Origin: Sedimentisphaerales bacterium
GTDB taxonomy: Bacteria; Planctomycetota; Phycisphaerae; Sedimentisphaerales; Anaerobacaceae
Direction: 5' to 3'
DNA: 64,000 nt
Assembly (NCBI GenBank): GCA_040772485.1
Contig: JAXGYC010000008.1
Span: 448,001 to 512,000, forward strand
How positions within the stretch are numbered: position 1 is the stretch's first letter; each line of letters opens with the position of its first letter. Shown one piece after another: positions 1-9,964 of this stretch. The notes under the pieces were generated by a model. That model searched no databases. It was not told the DNA's origin and worked only from the letters and a program-made list of their open reading frames with translations. Both the position numbers and the translations under genes were made by a program.

Positions 1-10
1 CTCCGAGAAG

Positions 11-1318
11 ATGCCCGCCGGCATTCCCTACATCCTGACCAACGAAGCCGCCGAACGCTTCGCCTTCTACGGCATGAGTTCCATCCTGGTCGTCTTCATG
101 ACCAAGTACCTCATGGGCAGCGACGGCGCCCTGGCCGTCATGGGCGACGAGCAGGCCAAGAAGTGGTTTCACCTGTTCACCGCCGCCGTTTACTTCATGC
201 CGTTGCTCGGCGCGTTGCTCAGCGACGTCTGGCTGGGCAAGTATCGCACGATCGTGATCTTCTCCATCGTGTACTGCGTGGGCTTCGCGGCGATGGCATG
301 GGACCACACGCGGGTCGGCCTGGGCTTGGGCTTGGGCCTGATCGCGCTGGGCTCCGGCGTCATCAAACCGTGTGTCTCCGCCAACGTAGGCGATCAATTT
401 GGCCAGCGCAACAAACATCTGATCTCGAAGATGTATAGCTGGTTCTACTTCTCCATCAACGTGGGAGCCTGCGTCTCGATGCTGGCCTGTCCATGGCTGT
501 TGAAAAAGTATGGCCCGGGGGTAGGATTCGGTGTGCCCGCCGCACTCATGCTGTTCGCGACCGTAGCGTTCGTTGCCGGAAAATGGAAATACGTACATAT
601 CCCCCCGGCTGGCGACAGGGTCGTCCGCGAAGTGCTCCAGAAGGAGACCTTGAAGATCCTGGCCCGATTGTGTGTGATCTTCGTGTTCGTCTCCATGTTC
701 TTCGCCCTGTTCTATCAGTCGCAGTCGGCCTGGGTGCTGCAGGCCGAGAAGATGAATCTCCGCTGGCTGGGCGTCAACTGGCTGCCCGCACAGGTTCAGT
801 TCGTCAACTCCTTCTACATCATCCTGATGATCCCTCTGTTCAGCTATACGATCTATCCGGCTCTGAATCGCGTGTTCCCGCTGACCCCGCTGCGCAAGAT
901 CGGGATCGGCATGTTCGTTACCGCGCTGTGCTTCGTCGTGCCGGCGTGGGTCGAGAACCGAATCGCCGAGGGCTTGGCGCCGAGCATCGGCTGGCAGTTC
1001 TTCGCCTACGTGCTCCTGACGGCAGGCGAAATCCTCGCCTCCATCCCCGTCCTGGAGTTCGCCTACACCCAGGCGCCGAAGAAGCTCAAGACCTTCGTGA
1101 TGAGCCTGTATCTGCTGGCGATCTCATTGGGCAACGTCTTCTCGGCCTTGGTGAACCACTTCATCCAAAACGAAGACGGCACCACCAAGCTGCCCGGCGC
1201 CAGCTACTACTGGTTCTTCGCTATCGCCATGCTCGTGACTCTTGTGCTGTACATCCCGGTCGCCATGCTCTATCCCGTCAAGGAGTACATCCAGGACGAG
1301 ACGCCACAAGAGGGGTAA
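11..1318 (+). CDS. POT/PTR2-family proton-dependent oligopeptide MFS transporter (true start may lie just upstream of the window)
   Basis: ExxERFxFYG motif (NEAAERFAFYGM), GSGVIKPCVSANVGDQF, FYFSINVG, EFAYTQAP; about 12 hydrophobic segments. Confidence 0.93.
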   Translation: MPAGIPYILTNEAAERFAFYGMSSILVVFMTKYLMGSDGALAVMGDEQAKKWFHLFTAAVYFMPLLGALLSDVWLGKYRTIVIFSIVYCVGFAAMAWDHTRVGLGLGLGLIALGSGVIKPCVSANVGDQFGQRNKHLISKMYSWFYFSINVGACVSMLACPWLLKKYGPGVGFGVPAALMLFATVAFVAGKWKYVHIPPAGDRVVREVLQKETLKILARLCVIFVFVSMFFALFYQSQSAWVLQAEKMNLRWLGVNWLPAQVQFVNSFYIILMIPLFSYTIYPALNRVFPLTPLRKIGIGMFVTALCFVVPAWVENRIAEGLAPSIGWQFFAYVLLTAGEILASIPVLEFAYTQAPKKLKTFVMSLYLLAISLGNVFSALVNHFIQNEDGTTKLPGASYYWFFAIAMLVTLVLYIPVAMLYPVKEYIQDETPQEG

Positions 1319-1357
1319 CCCATGCACTGAACCATCCCCAAGCTCTTCGAGCTTGAG

Positions 1358-1416
1358 GCTGCCACACGCGGCTCTCCACGCCTGAATGGGGCTTGCCGCG
1401 AAATTCGCGCAGACAC
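1358..1416. repeat. ~60 bp intergenic repeat, copy 1 (GCTGCCACACG...CTTGCCGCGAAATTCGCRCAGACAC)
   Basis: Similar to 19703-19763; the 25-bp core differs at one base; preceded by hairpin CAAGCTC-TTC-GAGCTTG. Confidence 0.7.
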
Positions 1417-1516
1417 TTCAGGGGTGGTTTGCGTGCGTTTTTCCAGGATTTCCGCCGCGAGGCTCTGTAACATGGGCGGCGGCTGCGCAACTGAACGTAT
1501 GTCGATGGTCGGTGCT

Positions 1517-2098
1517 ATGACAAAACCTGTTGAGCACACAGCTTACGACGATCTCGTGATGCAGGCCAAGACGCAGGCCGGCGCCCTGGCGCAGCTTTAC
1601 GAGGTGTATTACGAGCGGATCTACAGGTTCTGCGTGCACCGGCTGTACAGCAGTTCGGCGGCCGAAGACATCACCTCCGGCGTGTTCCTGACGGTGGCGG
1701 CCGCCATCCGGCAGTTCAAAGGTTGCACCGAACAGGATTTCCGGGCCTGGATCTTCACCATCGCCGCCAACCAGGCCAACGCCTATATCCGGAAAACCTC
1801 GCGGCGCAGAAGACTTATGGAAAACGTCGTCGCCATGCGAAAGGCTTCCCAGCCGCAAGAGAGCACGTGGTCGCAGATGGATTGGCCGACGCTGTACACC
1901 GCCATCCTGCAACTGAAGCCCGAGCATCAGACGGTTCTGACGCTGCGGTTTTTCGAGAATATGGATTTCGATGAGATCAGTCGAGTGATGGACGCCAAAC
2001 CCGCGACAGTCAGGGTCACGCTGCACAGGGTCCTCCGGAGGCTCCGGGAGGTCCTGCGGAGCGACTTTGGTGAAGAGGAGCATGATGAAGGAGCGTGA
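1517..2098 (+). CDS. ECF RNA polymerase sigma-70 factor (ECF1); start uncertain (1499 or 1517)
   Basis: Region 2 (LYEVYYERIYRFC..AEDITSGVFL..FRAWIFTIAAN) and region 4 (VLTLRFFENMDFDEISRVM..TVRVTLHR). Confidence 0.93.
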   Translation: MTKPVEHTAYDDLVMQAKTQAGALAQLYEVYYERIYRFCVHRLYSSSAAEDITSGVFLTVAAAIRQFKGCTEQDFRAWIFTIAANQANAYIRKTSRRRRLMENVVAMRKASQPQESTWSQMDWPTLYTAILQLKPEHQTVLTLRFFENMDFDEISRVMDAKPATVRVTLHRVLRRLREVLRSDFGEEEHDEGA

Positions 2099-3614
2099 TT
2101 TCGAGAAACTCGTCGCCGGCCTGAAGATCGACGCCGAGCCGAATCCGGCCCATAAGGAGCGTCTGCGACAACAGATGCTGGCGACCTTCGATACGGTCAA
2201 CCGGTCGGTCGGCCCGCGACTGGTCCCGGCGCCCGAGAGATCGGCCTTTGGGACGTTCCTGCCTGCGGTGAAGGTGGCGGTCGCCGCCGCCATCGTGGTC
2301 GCCGCCATCGTCGGCATCCAGGAGATGGTCCGGCGCGGATGGGGACCGCCCACGCTGAGCCAGGTCCGGCAGGCCACACAGAGGATGGCCTGGCTGCACG
2401 CGGTCGTCACGGAGTATCGGGACGGCAAGGTCCGCACCGATCAGCAGTGGAACGATTTCGCCTCGCGCAGGGCGTACATTCTCGCCTCCGACGGCTCCGT
2501 GGTGGTCTCCGACTTCGGGGCGGGCCGGCGGGAGCTGCTGTACAGCCCCCAGGTCAAGGCGGTGGTGATCAGCGAGCTTCCCGGCAAGGGGCTTTTCGGC
2601 GCTGATGCGGCGTACACGCTCGTCGACGCCTTCGCCGTCTTCGCCGCCAGGGACGACGTCGCGGTCGCACGACGGACCGACCGCTACGAAGGCCAGAAGG
2701 TCTTGATGTATGAACTGGAGAGGTCCGACCCCGGAGTCACCGTCGGCGGCCGGCGCGTCGAAAGGCTTCGGATGCAACTGATGGCCGATCCGGAAACGCG
2801 GCGGCTCGTCGGCGCCCACGTCGAGCAGCTCAGCGACAGCGGCGCCATGCTCAGCCGACAGGAATGGGTGATGAGCTATCCGCAGTCCGGCCCGATGAGC
2901 ATCTACGACCTTGGCGTGCCGGAGTCGACGCGGATCATCAATCGCACCAGCCAGACGACGGGGACGCCGCCGCAGGAACCGCGCCCGATCGGCACGCCGG
3001 AGGACCTCGGCCGCACCCGCCTGATGCCGCTGGAGATCCCGCTGCCCCGGCCGATGTTCATCGGGACGCCCGCCGATGTACGGATGTCGAACCTCGAACG
3101 GCCCCGGAGAGGGGCGAGACCGCCGTTCCTGGTGCCGGTGGGCACAACGAACGTCGCCGCCGGAAAGCCGGTCTCCGCAAGCGATTCGGAGCCGTCGATG
3201 GGAAGCCTCGATATGATCGCCGACGGCGACAAGGAGGCCACCGACGGCAGCATCGTCGAACTGGGGCCCGGCGTGCAGCACGTCACCATCGATCTGCGAG
3301 ACCGCTACGAGATCTATGCGATCGTCGTCTGGCATTACCATCTTCGCCCGCACGTCTACCTGGATGTGGTCGTGCAGGTCTGCGACGATCCGCAGTTCGC
3401 CGACGGCGTAAAGACGGTCTTCAACAACGACATCGACCATTCCGCCCGCCTGGGCAGGGGCGCGGACCTGCACTACGTCGAGACGAACGAGGGAAAGCTC
3501 ATCGACACGCAAGGCATTCGCGGCCGCTACGTCCGACTCTACAGCAACGGCCACGTCGGCGGCGACCTGAACCACTACATCGAAGTCGAGGTCTACGGCC
3601 GAGCCGCAAGATAG
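2082..3614 (+). CDS. Putative membrane-anchored anti-sigma factor with LolA-like middle region and C-terminal discoidin/F5-8-like domain
   Basis: Overlaps the ECF1 stop; RBS GAGGAG; short N-terminal domain, one TM (VAVAAAIVVAAIVGI); C-terminal NVAAGKPV..TIDL..RYVRLYS..IEVEVYG. Confidence 0.75.
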   Translation: MMKERDFEKLVAGLKIDAEPNPAHKERLRQQMLATFDTVNRSVGPRLVPAPERSAFGTFLPAVKVAVAAAIVVAAIVGIQEMVRRGWGPPTLSQVRQATQRMAWLHAVVTEYRDGKVRTDQQWNDFASRRAYILASDGSVVVSDFGAGRRELLYSPQVKAVVISELPGKGLFGADAAYTLVDAFAVFAARDDVAVARRTDRYEGQKVLMYELERSDPGVTVGGRRVERLRMQLMADPETRRLVGAHVEQLSDSGAMLSRQEWVMSYPQSGPMSIYDLGVPESTRIINRTSQTTGTPPQEPRPIGTPEDLGRTRLMPLEIPLPRPMFIGTPADVRMSNLERPRRGARPPFLVPVGTTNVAAGKPVSASDSEPSMGSLDMIADGDKEATDGSIVELGPGVQHVTIDLRDRYEIYAIVVWHYHLRPHVYLDVVVQVCDDPQFADGVKTVFNNDIDHSARLGRGADLHYVETNEGKLIDTQGIRGRYVRLYSNGHVGGDLNHYIEVEVYGRAAR

Positions 3615-3657
3615 ACTCGGCAACGTAAGTATCCACGTAATGCGGAGGATCGAAACC

Positions 3658-4377
3658 ATGAAGAACAGAGGAAGTCTGCGCGCGGCGCAGGCGGCGGGGG
3701 TCGCCGTGACGGCGATGGCGATTGCTCTGGCCGCCCATGCGACAACGAATCAGAGCGAGCGGCCACGCTCCAGCGAAGACGAGCTGGCACCGGTGAAGGT
3801 GGTATTTCCCAGGGCGCAATTCATCGGAACGCCGCAGGCCATCCGCGCGCCCCGCGTCAAACCGGTCCAGACCGAACCCGGCCCACCGTTCCTGGCACCG
3901 CGCGGCACGAAAAACGTGGCGTTGGGCAAGCCCGTTTCCTCCAGCGATCCGGAGCCGATCATCGGCGAACTGACGATGATCACCGACGGCGACAAAGAGG
4001 CGGGCGCAGGCAGCTTCGTCGAACTCGGCCCACTGCTGCAGCACGTGACGATCGACCTGCAAGCCAGGCACGCAATCTATGGCCTCCGTGTCTGGCACTA
4101 TCATCAGCAGCCGTGCGTCTACTTTGACGTGGTCATTCAGGTGGCGAACGACCCGAACCTCGCCCATGGCGTCAAGACCGTCTTCAACAACGACATGGAC
4201 AATTCCGCCGGCCTCGGAGCAGGTCAGGCCATGCACTATGTCGAAACGCACTTTGGCGAACTGTTCGACGCCAAAGGCATTCATGGCCGTTACGTTCGCC
4301 TTCACAGCCGAGGCAACACGATCAACGACCTGAACTACTACACCGAAGTCGAGGTTTACGGTCAACCGGTGCGTTAG
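3658..4377 (+). CDS. Secreted discoidin/F5-8-like domain protein, paralog of the anti-sigma C-terminus
   Basis: GGAGG RBS; signal-peptide-like N-terminus; NVALGKPVSSSD..TIDL..RYVRLHS..EVEVYG. Confidence 0.8.
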   Translation: MKNRGSLRAAQAAGVAVTAMAIALAAHATTNQSERPRSSEDELAPVKVVFPRAQFIGTPQAIRAPRVKPVQTEPGPPFLAPRGTKNVALGKPVSSSDPEPIIGELTMITDGDKEAGAGSFVELGPLLQHVTIDLQARHAIYGLRVWHYHQQPCVYFDVVIQVANDPNLAHGVKTVFNNDMDNSAGLGAGQAMHYVETHFGELFDAKGIHGRYVRLHSRGNTINDLNYYTEVEVYGQPVR

Positions 4378-4413
4378 ACCGTCGGGCGGAATGCGAACCA
4401 CGGAGATGCGCGT

Positions 4414-6198
4414 ATGAGATGGGCAGAGGCTGCGTGCCGAAGCCGTTGTCGGCTGGCAGCGTGGCTAGTCGGTGCGCTTGTTTGTTCCCTGTTCATCGCA
4501 TTGCCCTGCGCCGGCGCTTCGACCTCCTATTCCGTAGAGGTCGCGGGGGTCAGGTTCCAATTCGTTCGCATTCCGCCGGGGCGTTTCGTGATGGGCTCGG
4601 ACGCAGGCGATGGTGACGAACGTCCCGTCCACGAGGTCGAGATCGGGCATGGTTTCGATCTGGCAAGGACGGAGGTGACGGTGCGCCAGTTCAGGGCATT
4701 CGTCGAGTCGACCCGGTACGAGACCGTCGCCGAGCGCAGAGGCTCACTGTGGCACTATGCTTCGCCCGCAGAGATGGGATGGGTTCGAGGGCGAAGCTGG
4801 CGCGATCCGGGATTCGAGCAGACGGATGAGCACCCCGTTGTCGGGATCAGCTATATCGACGCGATCGCGTTCTGCCGGTGGTTGTCGCAACAGAGCGATG
4901 AATGCTTTCGTCTGCCCACGGAGGCCGAATGGGAATATGCCTGTCGCAGCGGAACGGAAGAGGAATGCGCTGGCAATCTCGATGCGATGGCGTGGTACGA
5001 CAGCAACAGCGCCCGAGGTACACATCTGGTGGCGCAGAAGAGCCCCAACGCCTGGGGCGTGTGTGACATGCATGGCAACGCCGCCGAATGGTGCGAAGAC
5101 ACATATGATTGGCATTATGGCAGCGTCCCCCGCGACGGCAGCGCCCATACCGTGCCGGGCGTTCCTGCCGTCGCGGCGGCGCGCCGTGTTCTGCGCGGCG
5201 GCTCATGGTCCAGTCTGCCATACGCCTGCCGGTCCGCGCACCGATGTCCCGTTCCGGCGACCCATCGAGGCACGGACACGGGGTTTCGCATCGTGCATGG
5301 CAAAGAACGGCCTCCATCACAGGCCCCAGTGCGGCCGTTTGCCGTCTTGCCCCAGGATGACCCGGCTCGCACACTGTCGCTGCACGCAGGCGGCATAACG
5401 TTCGATTTCGTTCGAGTCGAACCGGGCCTGTTCGTCATGGGCAGTCCACACCGCTACACCGACGAGCATGGCTGGGTCTACGAGATGCCCAGACGCGAGG
5501 TGGCTATCGGCTACGGCTTCTACCTGGGGCAAACCGAAGTGACACGCGCGCAGTTCGACCTGTTCGTCGAGGAGACGGGCTATGTCACCGACGCCGAAAA
5601 GCAGGGCTGGGCCTACACCTGCGTGGCCGATGCGCCCTGGCACTACCAGGCGTTGATGGATTGGCGCTTTCCAGGCTTCGTGCAGACTGACCGGGACCCG
5701 GTGACCCACATCGGATGGCACGATGCGGTGGCATTCTGCCAGTGGCTCAGTGAGAAAACGGGCCGGGAGATTCGCTTGCCCAGCGAAGCGGAATGGGAAT
5801 ACGCCTGCCGCGCGGGGACCGCCGGCGAATTCGCCGGACCGCTCGATGAAATGGCCTGGACGCTGTGGAACTCCGGCCAAGTCAAGCGAACCCGTCCTGT
5901 CGCACAGAAACAGCCCAACGCCTGGGGCTTCTACGACATGCACGGCGGCGTCTGGGAGTGGGTGCAGGACCTCTGGCACGAAGAAAGCAACGGCGCGCCG
6001 ACGGACGGGTCCGCATGGGTCCAGACAGACCGCTTCGACCCGATGGGCGTCACCCGAGGCGGCTCGTTTGCCAGCCCGCCCTGGCTGTGCCGCTCGTACA
6101 TCCGCATGAAGACCCCCCTCGGCCAGATGATCCACTACAACAATGGCTTTCGCATCGTCTGCACCACGGCCAGCCGGACCACGCGCCCCGTACGCTGA
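4414..6198 (+). CDS. Secreted protein with two SUMF1/FGE-sulfatase-like domains
   Basis: Two copies of FVMGS..TEVT..F..RLP(T/S)EAEWEYACR..PNAWG..DMHG..EW..RGGS..GFRIV. Confidence 0.9.
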   Translation: MRWAEAACRSRCRLAAWLVGALVCSLFIALPCAGASTSYSVEVAGVRFQFVRIPPGRFVMGSDAGDGDERPVHEVEIGHGFDLARTEVTVRQFRAFVESTRYETVAERRGSLWHYASPAEMGWVRGRSWRDPGFEQTDEHPVVGISYIDAIAFCRWLSQQSDECFRLPTEAEWEYACRSGTEEECAGNLDAMAWYDSNSARGTHLVAQKSPNAWGVCDMHGNAAEWCEDTYDWHYGSVPRDGSAHTVPGVPAVAAARRVLRGGSWSSLPYACRSAHRCPVPATHRGTDTGFRIVHGKERPPSQAPVRPFAVLPQDDPARTLSLHAGGITFDFVRVEPGLFVMGSPHRYTDEHGWVYEMPRREVAIGYGFYLGQTEVTRAQFDLFVEETGYVTDAEKQGWAYTCVADAPWHYQALMDWRFPGFVQTDRDPVTHIGWHDAVAFCQWLSEKTGREIRLPSEAEWEYACRAGTAGEFAGPLDEMAWTLWNSGQVKRTRPVAQKQPNAWGFYDMHGGVWEWVQDLWHEESNGAPTDGSAWVQTDRFDPMGVTRGGSFASPPWLCRSYIRMKTPLGQMIHYNNGFRIVCTTASRTTRPVR

Positions 6199-6248
6199 AA
6201 ACGATCTGCCGCATTTGACACGAGGTTCGGCCTTGGGGTCAGGGTCTG

Positions 6249-6329
6249 GTTCGTGGTGATCCCGATGGATATCGGGATGAGGCGTTACCTTTGCCGAGAC
6301 AAGTATGCCCTTACGGGCACACTACAAAC
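6249..6329. repeat. REP-like inverted doublet, family A copy 1
   Basis: AGGCGTTACCT...GTATGCCCTTACGGGCACACTACAAAC matches the reverse complement of 42611-42678 and resembles 6883-6951. Confidence 0.7.
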
Positions 6330-6746
6330 GGCTCATTTCCACTCCCGCCAGGAAACGGGCAATCGCGTCAAGAAACTCGCTGGGTCTTTCGTCCAGATGG
6401 ACGCACGTTACTCATGGAGATCTCTGTAGACGGTATTTGGGGTCCCGATCCGCTATCCATACGGCTTACCGACATGACATCAGGAACCGAACTCTACAAC
6501 TCACCCGGGTATGCCCAGCATTATAGCATGCCCCCCTTGACAGCAGGGCCCGAACTGGAGGTCTTCTCAGTCGACCCGACACACGAATACTGCATGTATG
6601 TACATTTGGTTTCCACCGCCAGCAACGATGGACCATGGAGCGGTTTCGTGAAGGCGACGGTCCCGATCCCTGCCCCCGGCGCGATGGTGCCGGGGCTGTT
6701 CGGCAGCAGTCTTGTCGTTTGGCTGCGGCGACAGAAGAGAGTGTGA
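6291..6746 (+). pseudogene. Probable 5'-truncated PEP-CTERM-like (PAPGA) sorting-domain protein
   Basis: C-terminus VPIPAPGAMVPGLFGSSLVVWLRRQKRV = motif, TM, basic tail; no signal peptide; the 5' end is occupied by a REP doublet. Confidence 0.6.
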
Positions 6747-6834
6747 GGACCGTCAACCCCCGCTCGGGACCGGCTCGGCCCTGGACGCGGCCGTGACAAG
6801 AGCAGATCGGGGGCATGTAGTCTCAAAAACGAGC

Positions 6835-6862
6835 GGGGCCTGTACTGTGTCGTACAGGCCCC
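6835..6862 (-). terminator. Intrinsic terminator-like hairpin downstream of the LamG gene
   Basis: GGGGCCTGTAC-TGTGTC-GTACAGGCCCC, 11-bp stem, T-run nearby on the minus strand. Confidence 0.65.
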
Positions 6863-6882
6863 AGATGGTGCTGCTGAATCCG

Positions 6883-6951
6883 GCTTGTAGTGGCGTCGTC
6901 AGACGCTATTCCCGACTACGCCCTGTATGCTCTCACGGGCGCACTACGAAC
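6883..6951. repeat. REP-like inverted doublet, family A copy 2
   Basis: GCTTGTAGTGGCGTCGTCAGACGCTA...GTATGCTCTCACGGGCGCACTACGAAC. Confidence 0.65.
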
Positions 6952-6966
6952 GCCGCTTGTGAGACG

Positions 6967-9882
6967 TCAGGGAGCGGCGGGACTGCCACGCGCGATGTCG
7001 TCCACGTAGACAATGCCGGTGCCGCCGGCGCTTGGGCTGGTCGCACTGCCGACGCCGATGGTCATCTTCTCCACCCGGCTGAGGTTCACCCCGCTCAGAT
7101 CGCTGTACGGGATCGCCCATTCCTGCCATGTCGGACGTTGTGTGATGGACGCATCTGCGTTCACGACCGTCTTGGTCTTGCCCGCGCTGTCTTCGATCCT
7201 CAGGTACATCGACTCAGGCGAGTTGCCCACCGGCTGGGTGATGCCGATGTCCGCCGTCTGCCAGGCACCCGTCACGGTGCCGGTCGTCGAGACGTTCGAA
7301 AACTCGGCCGCTGTCACAGCCACGGCATCGTGACTGGTCACCGCCAACCCGATGTAGACGTTGCTGGCCATCATGATGTCCACCGGCGCCGTGGCTGGGA
7401 TGTCCGTCCAGGTGACGCCGTCGGCCGACCGTTGAGCGGTGAAGACGTTGCCCGTGCGGGTCAACTTCACCCAATGCGGGATATCGACATCGGCCACGTC
7501 CGTGTTGGCGCTGTCCCCGCCGGCAATCGGACGACGCTGGAACGACACGCCATGCGACGCCTCCGGCGTCACCGCCACGAACGCGTGCTTCGAGCCTGGT
7601 TCGAGCGTCTCGCGGATCATCACGCCCGCCTTGGCCCATTCATTGCTGCGCACCAGACTGTCGACGCGCACCACGATGGAGCCGTTGCCGCTGAGGCTCT
7701 TGTGGGCAAAGCGGAACTGATCGGCCGTACCCCAGATGTCGGTGCCGATGGCGCTCATGAGGATGCTCCCATCGGCGCCTTCCACGAAATCGGGCGCGTT
7801 GCCCCGCACGTAGAGCACCAGCGTGTCGGCGCCATTGCCCGTCCAATCCTGCGCGGAATCGAATTCCCGCTCGGCCTCGGAATAGAACGGCGAGACCGAG
7901 TTGTCGTATTGGAGTGGCATCGACTGCTTGCCGCCATGAACGATCGTCTTCTCGGCGAACGGAGCGTCAAGGTAGCCCACGGTCGAGCCGGTGTCGTTGG
8001 TCCAGCCATCGATCCACGTGTCGAAGATCGTCGTGCCGGCCTCGAGGTCGTCGGTGTAGCTCTCAAAATCGTCGACCATTGCGTATTCGATCGTCGAGAA
8101 GCTCCAGACGTCCCCTTCCCAGAAGCCGGCGCCGGCTTCGTTGACCTCGTTGACCTTCCAATAGTAGATGGAGCCGAAGTCCAGCCCGCCAAGTTCATAA
8201 CGGCTTTCGCCGAGCGTGCCGACCAAGGCGCTGCCATCGATCACGGCCGCCTGGTCCGTGCTGACGTACAGCTCGTGCGCTGCGGCCCTGCGCCCACCTC
8301 GCCAGTCGAGCGCCACGTTGAGAGGCACATCCGCTTGTCCGACCGCCGGCTGAGGCTCGCGCGCCTGAACGGGCAAATACGTGAAGCGGACTTCGCTCAA
8401 TCCATACTGCGGCATCACGCCCATGTTCCAGTTGGACTTCACCGCGATCCGGACATACCTGGCGGCCACCTGCCTCAGGTCCAGAATCGTGTTGGCGGCG
8501 TAATCCGACCGGGCGGTCGCCTTGGCGAACTCCACGTCACCGAAGACGGTCCACTCGGCGCCGTCGATGGAGTGTTCGATGGTCACGTCCTTGAGTCCGA
8601 AGCCCAGAACGAGCTCGAACCTGCTGTTGTAGTTCCAGACTTCCATCTCCCAGAGCTGGTAGATCTGATCGAACTCGTATTGGATCCAGATGGGCGTTGC
8701 ATCCGTCGGAGAGGCCAGCCACATGTCCGTCGCCTCGGTGGAGTGCTGGTCCTGGGCGTTCAGGCCGGAGCCGTCGATCGTGCTCTGTGCGGGAGAATCA
8801 GCATCAGCCAGGGATGCAGTAGCTATGATGTTCGTGATCGGATAGACATAGGGCTCGACCGTGAAGCTCCACACGCCGCCTTTGTGGATGCCAAAGTCCG
8901 GCGCCCCGTTGACTTCATCGACCCGCCAGTAGTAGGTCTGACTGAAGTCCAGCAGGCCGGGAGGATCAAAGGTCAGTCCGGTCTGCCCCTGACTGGCAAG
9001 AACGCCCAACGGATTGCTCCGTTCGGCCGCCGCGACATCTTCGGGGCTGCTTCCGAAGTACACGTCGTGCGATGCGGCGGACTCGCCGGGCGACCAGGAG
9101 AGAATCACATCCTGCGGGATGTCCGTGGAACCGTCCGCCGGAACGGGCGCTGTGGCGGAGGTGTAATCACCCACCATGACCTGCTGCAACTGGATTCCTG
9201 TCAGAACCGTGTCGTAGATCCGCACTTCGTCGATGGTGCCGACAAAGGTCTCGTCATTGCTGGAATCCACACAGCCAATCGTCACAGGCGTAGCGTTCGC
9301 GGACTCTCTGAGCGTAGCGCTCCCGGTTGAAACCTGCTCGCCATTGATGTACTGCACCCCGGCGCCGTTGTCCCAGGTCACAGCCACGTGAACCCACTCA
9401 TTCGCATAGGGCACGAGCAGGGCATTGCCCCACCCGAAACTCGTACCGCCTCCGTCATAGTCAGCTCGAAACAAGAAATCGCCGGCCGGGTTGGTCTGCC
9501 AGAACCACTTGATCGTGGCGCCGGTGGTACTCCAGCCGAGACGTTTGCCGATGATGCCCTGCTGGGAGATGCTGTGGTTGCGCCCCTCCCAGTTGATCCA
9601 GGCGGCCAGGGTCATGGCGTTGTTTGCCGCCGTGGGATCGATCGGACCGATCACGATTCGTTCGCCAGCCGTGTCGAAATGCACGCCACCGCCCTTGTAG
9701 CCGGCGACCCACTGCACCCCGCTGTTGAGGGCGCCGTCGTTGCCGTTGCCGGTGGCGTCGACGGTCTCCGTTCCCTGGCCTTCCTCGAAGGGATAGTAGG
9801 CGATCAATTCCGCCAAGGCACTGCCGGCGGACATGCCCACCACCAGGAGCCATACCATGAGGGAAATCGGTTTGCGCGACAT
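6967..9882 (-). CDS. Large secreted LamG-like jellyroll / discoidin multidomain protein
   Basis: Signal peptide; LamG motifs (TLAAWIN..WVHVAVTWD..YING..GTIDEVRIY); repeated YYW(R/K)V(D/N)EVN..G.VWSF; discoidin-like ARYVRI; GGAG RBS. Confidence 0.85.
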   Translation of the reverse strand: MSRKPISLMVWLLVVGMSAGSALAELIAYYPFEEGQGTETVDATGNGNDGALNSGVQWVAGYKGGGVHFDTAGERIVIGPIDPTAANNAMTLAAWINWEGRNHSISQQGIIGKRLGWSTTGATIKWFWQTNPAGDFLFRADYDGGGTSFGWGNALLVPYANEWVHVAVTWDNGAGVQYINGEQVSTGSATLRESANATPVTIGCVDSSNDETFVGTIDEVRIYDTVLTGIQLQQVMVGDYTSATAPVPADGSTDIPQDVILSWSPGESAASHDVYFGSSPEDVAAAERSNPLGVLASQGQTGLTFDPPGLLDFSQTYYWRVDEVNGAPDFGIHKGGVWSFTVEPYVYPITNIIATASLADADSPAQSTIDGSGLNAQDQHSTEATDMWLASPTDATPIWIQYEFDQIYQLWEMEVWNYNSRFELVLGFGLKDVTIEHSIDGAEWTVFGDVEFAKATARSDYAANTILDLRQVAARYVRIAVKSNWNMGVMPQYGLSEVRFTYLPVQAREPQPAVGQADVPLNVALDWRGGRRAAAHELYVSTDQAAVIDGSALVGTLGESRYELGGLDFGSIYYWKVNEVNEAGAGFWEGDVWSFSTIEYAMVDDFESYTDDLEAGTTIFDTWIDGWTNDTGSTVGYLDAPFAEKTIVHGGKQSMPLQYDNSVSPFYSEAEREFDSAQDWTGNGADTLVLYVRGNAPDFVEGADGSILMSAIGTDIWGTADQFRFAHKSLSGNGSIVVRVDSLVRSNEWAKAGVMIRETLEPGSKHAFVAVTPEASHGVSFQRRPIAGGDSANTDVADVDIPHWVKLTRTGNVFTAQRSADGVTWTDIPATAPVDIMMASNVYIGLAVTSHDAVAVTAAEFSNVSTTGTVTGAWQTADIGITQPVGNSPESMYLRIEDSAGKTKTVVNADASITQRPTWQEWAIPYSDLSGVNLSRVEKMTIGVGSATSPSAGGTGIVYVDDIARGSPAAP

Positions 9883-9936
9883 GTCTGTCCTCCTCTAACT
9901 GATGTGTCATAGTCGGAGCGTATATGCGTGGCGACC

Positions 9937-9964
9937 GCAGGGGCGAACAATCCTTCGCCCGCAC
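9937..9964. repeat. REP-like palindrome, family B
   Basis: GCAGGGGCGAACAATCCTTCGCCCGCAC. Confidence 0.6.

Noticed and set aside
6712..9330. 872-aa plus-strand ORF and other long antisense ORFs (e.g. 2016-3659, 17723-19528, 36582-38510, 38260-40041)
   Set aside because: Shadow frames of well-supported opposite-strand genes, expected in high-GC DNA; no recognisable motifs
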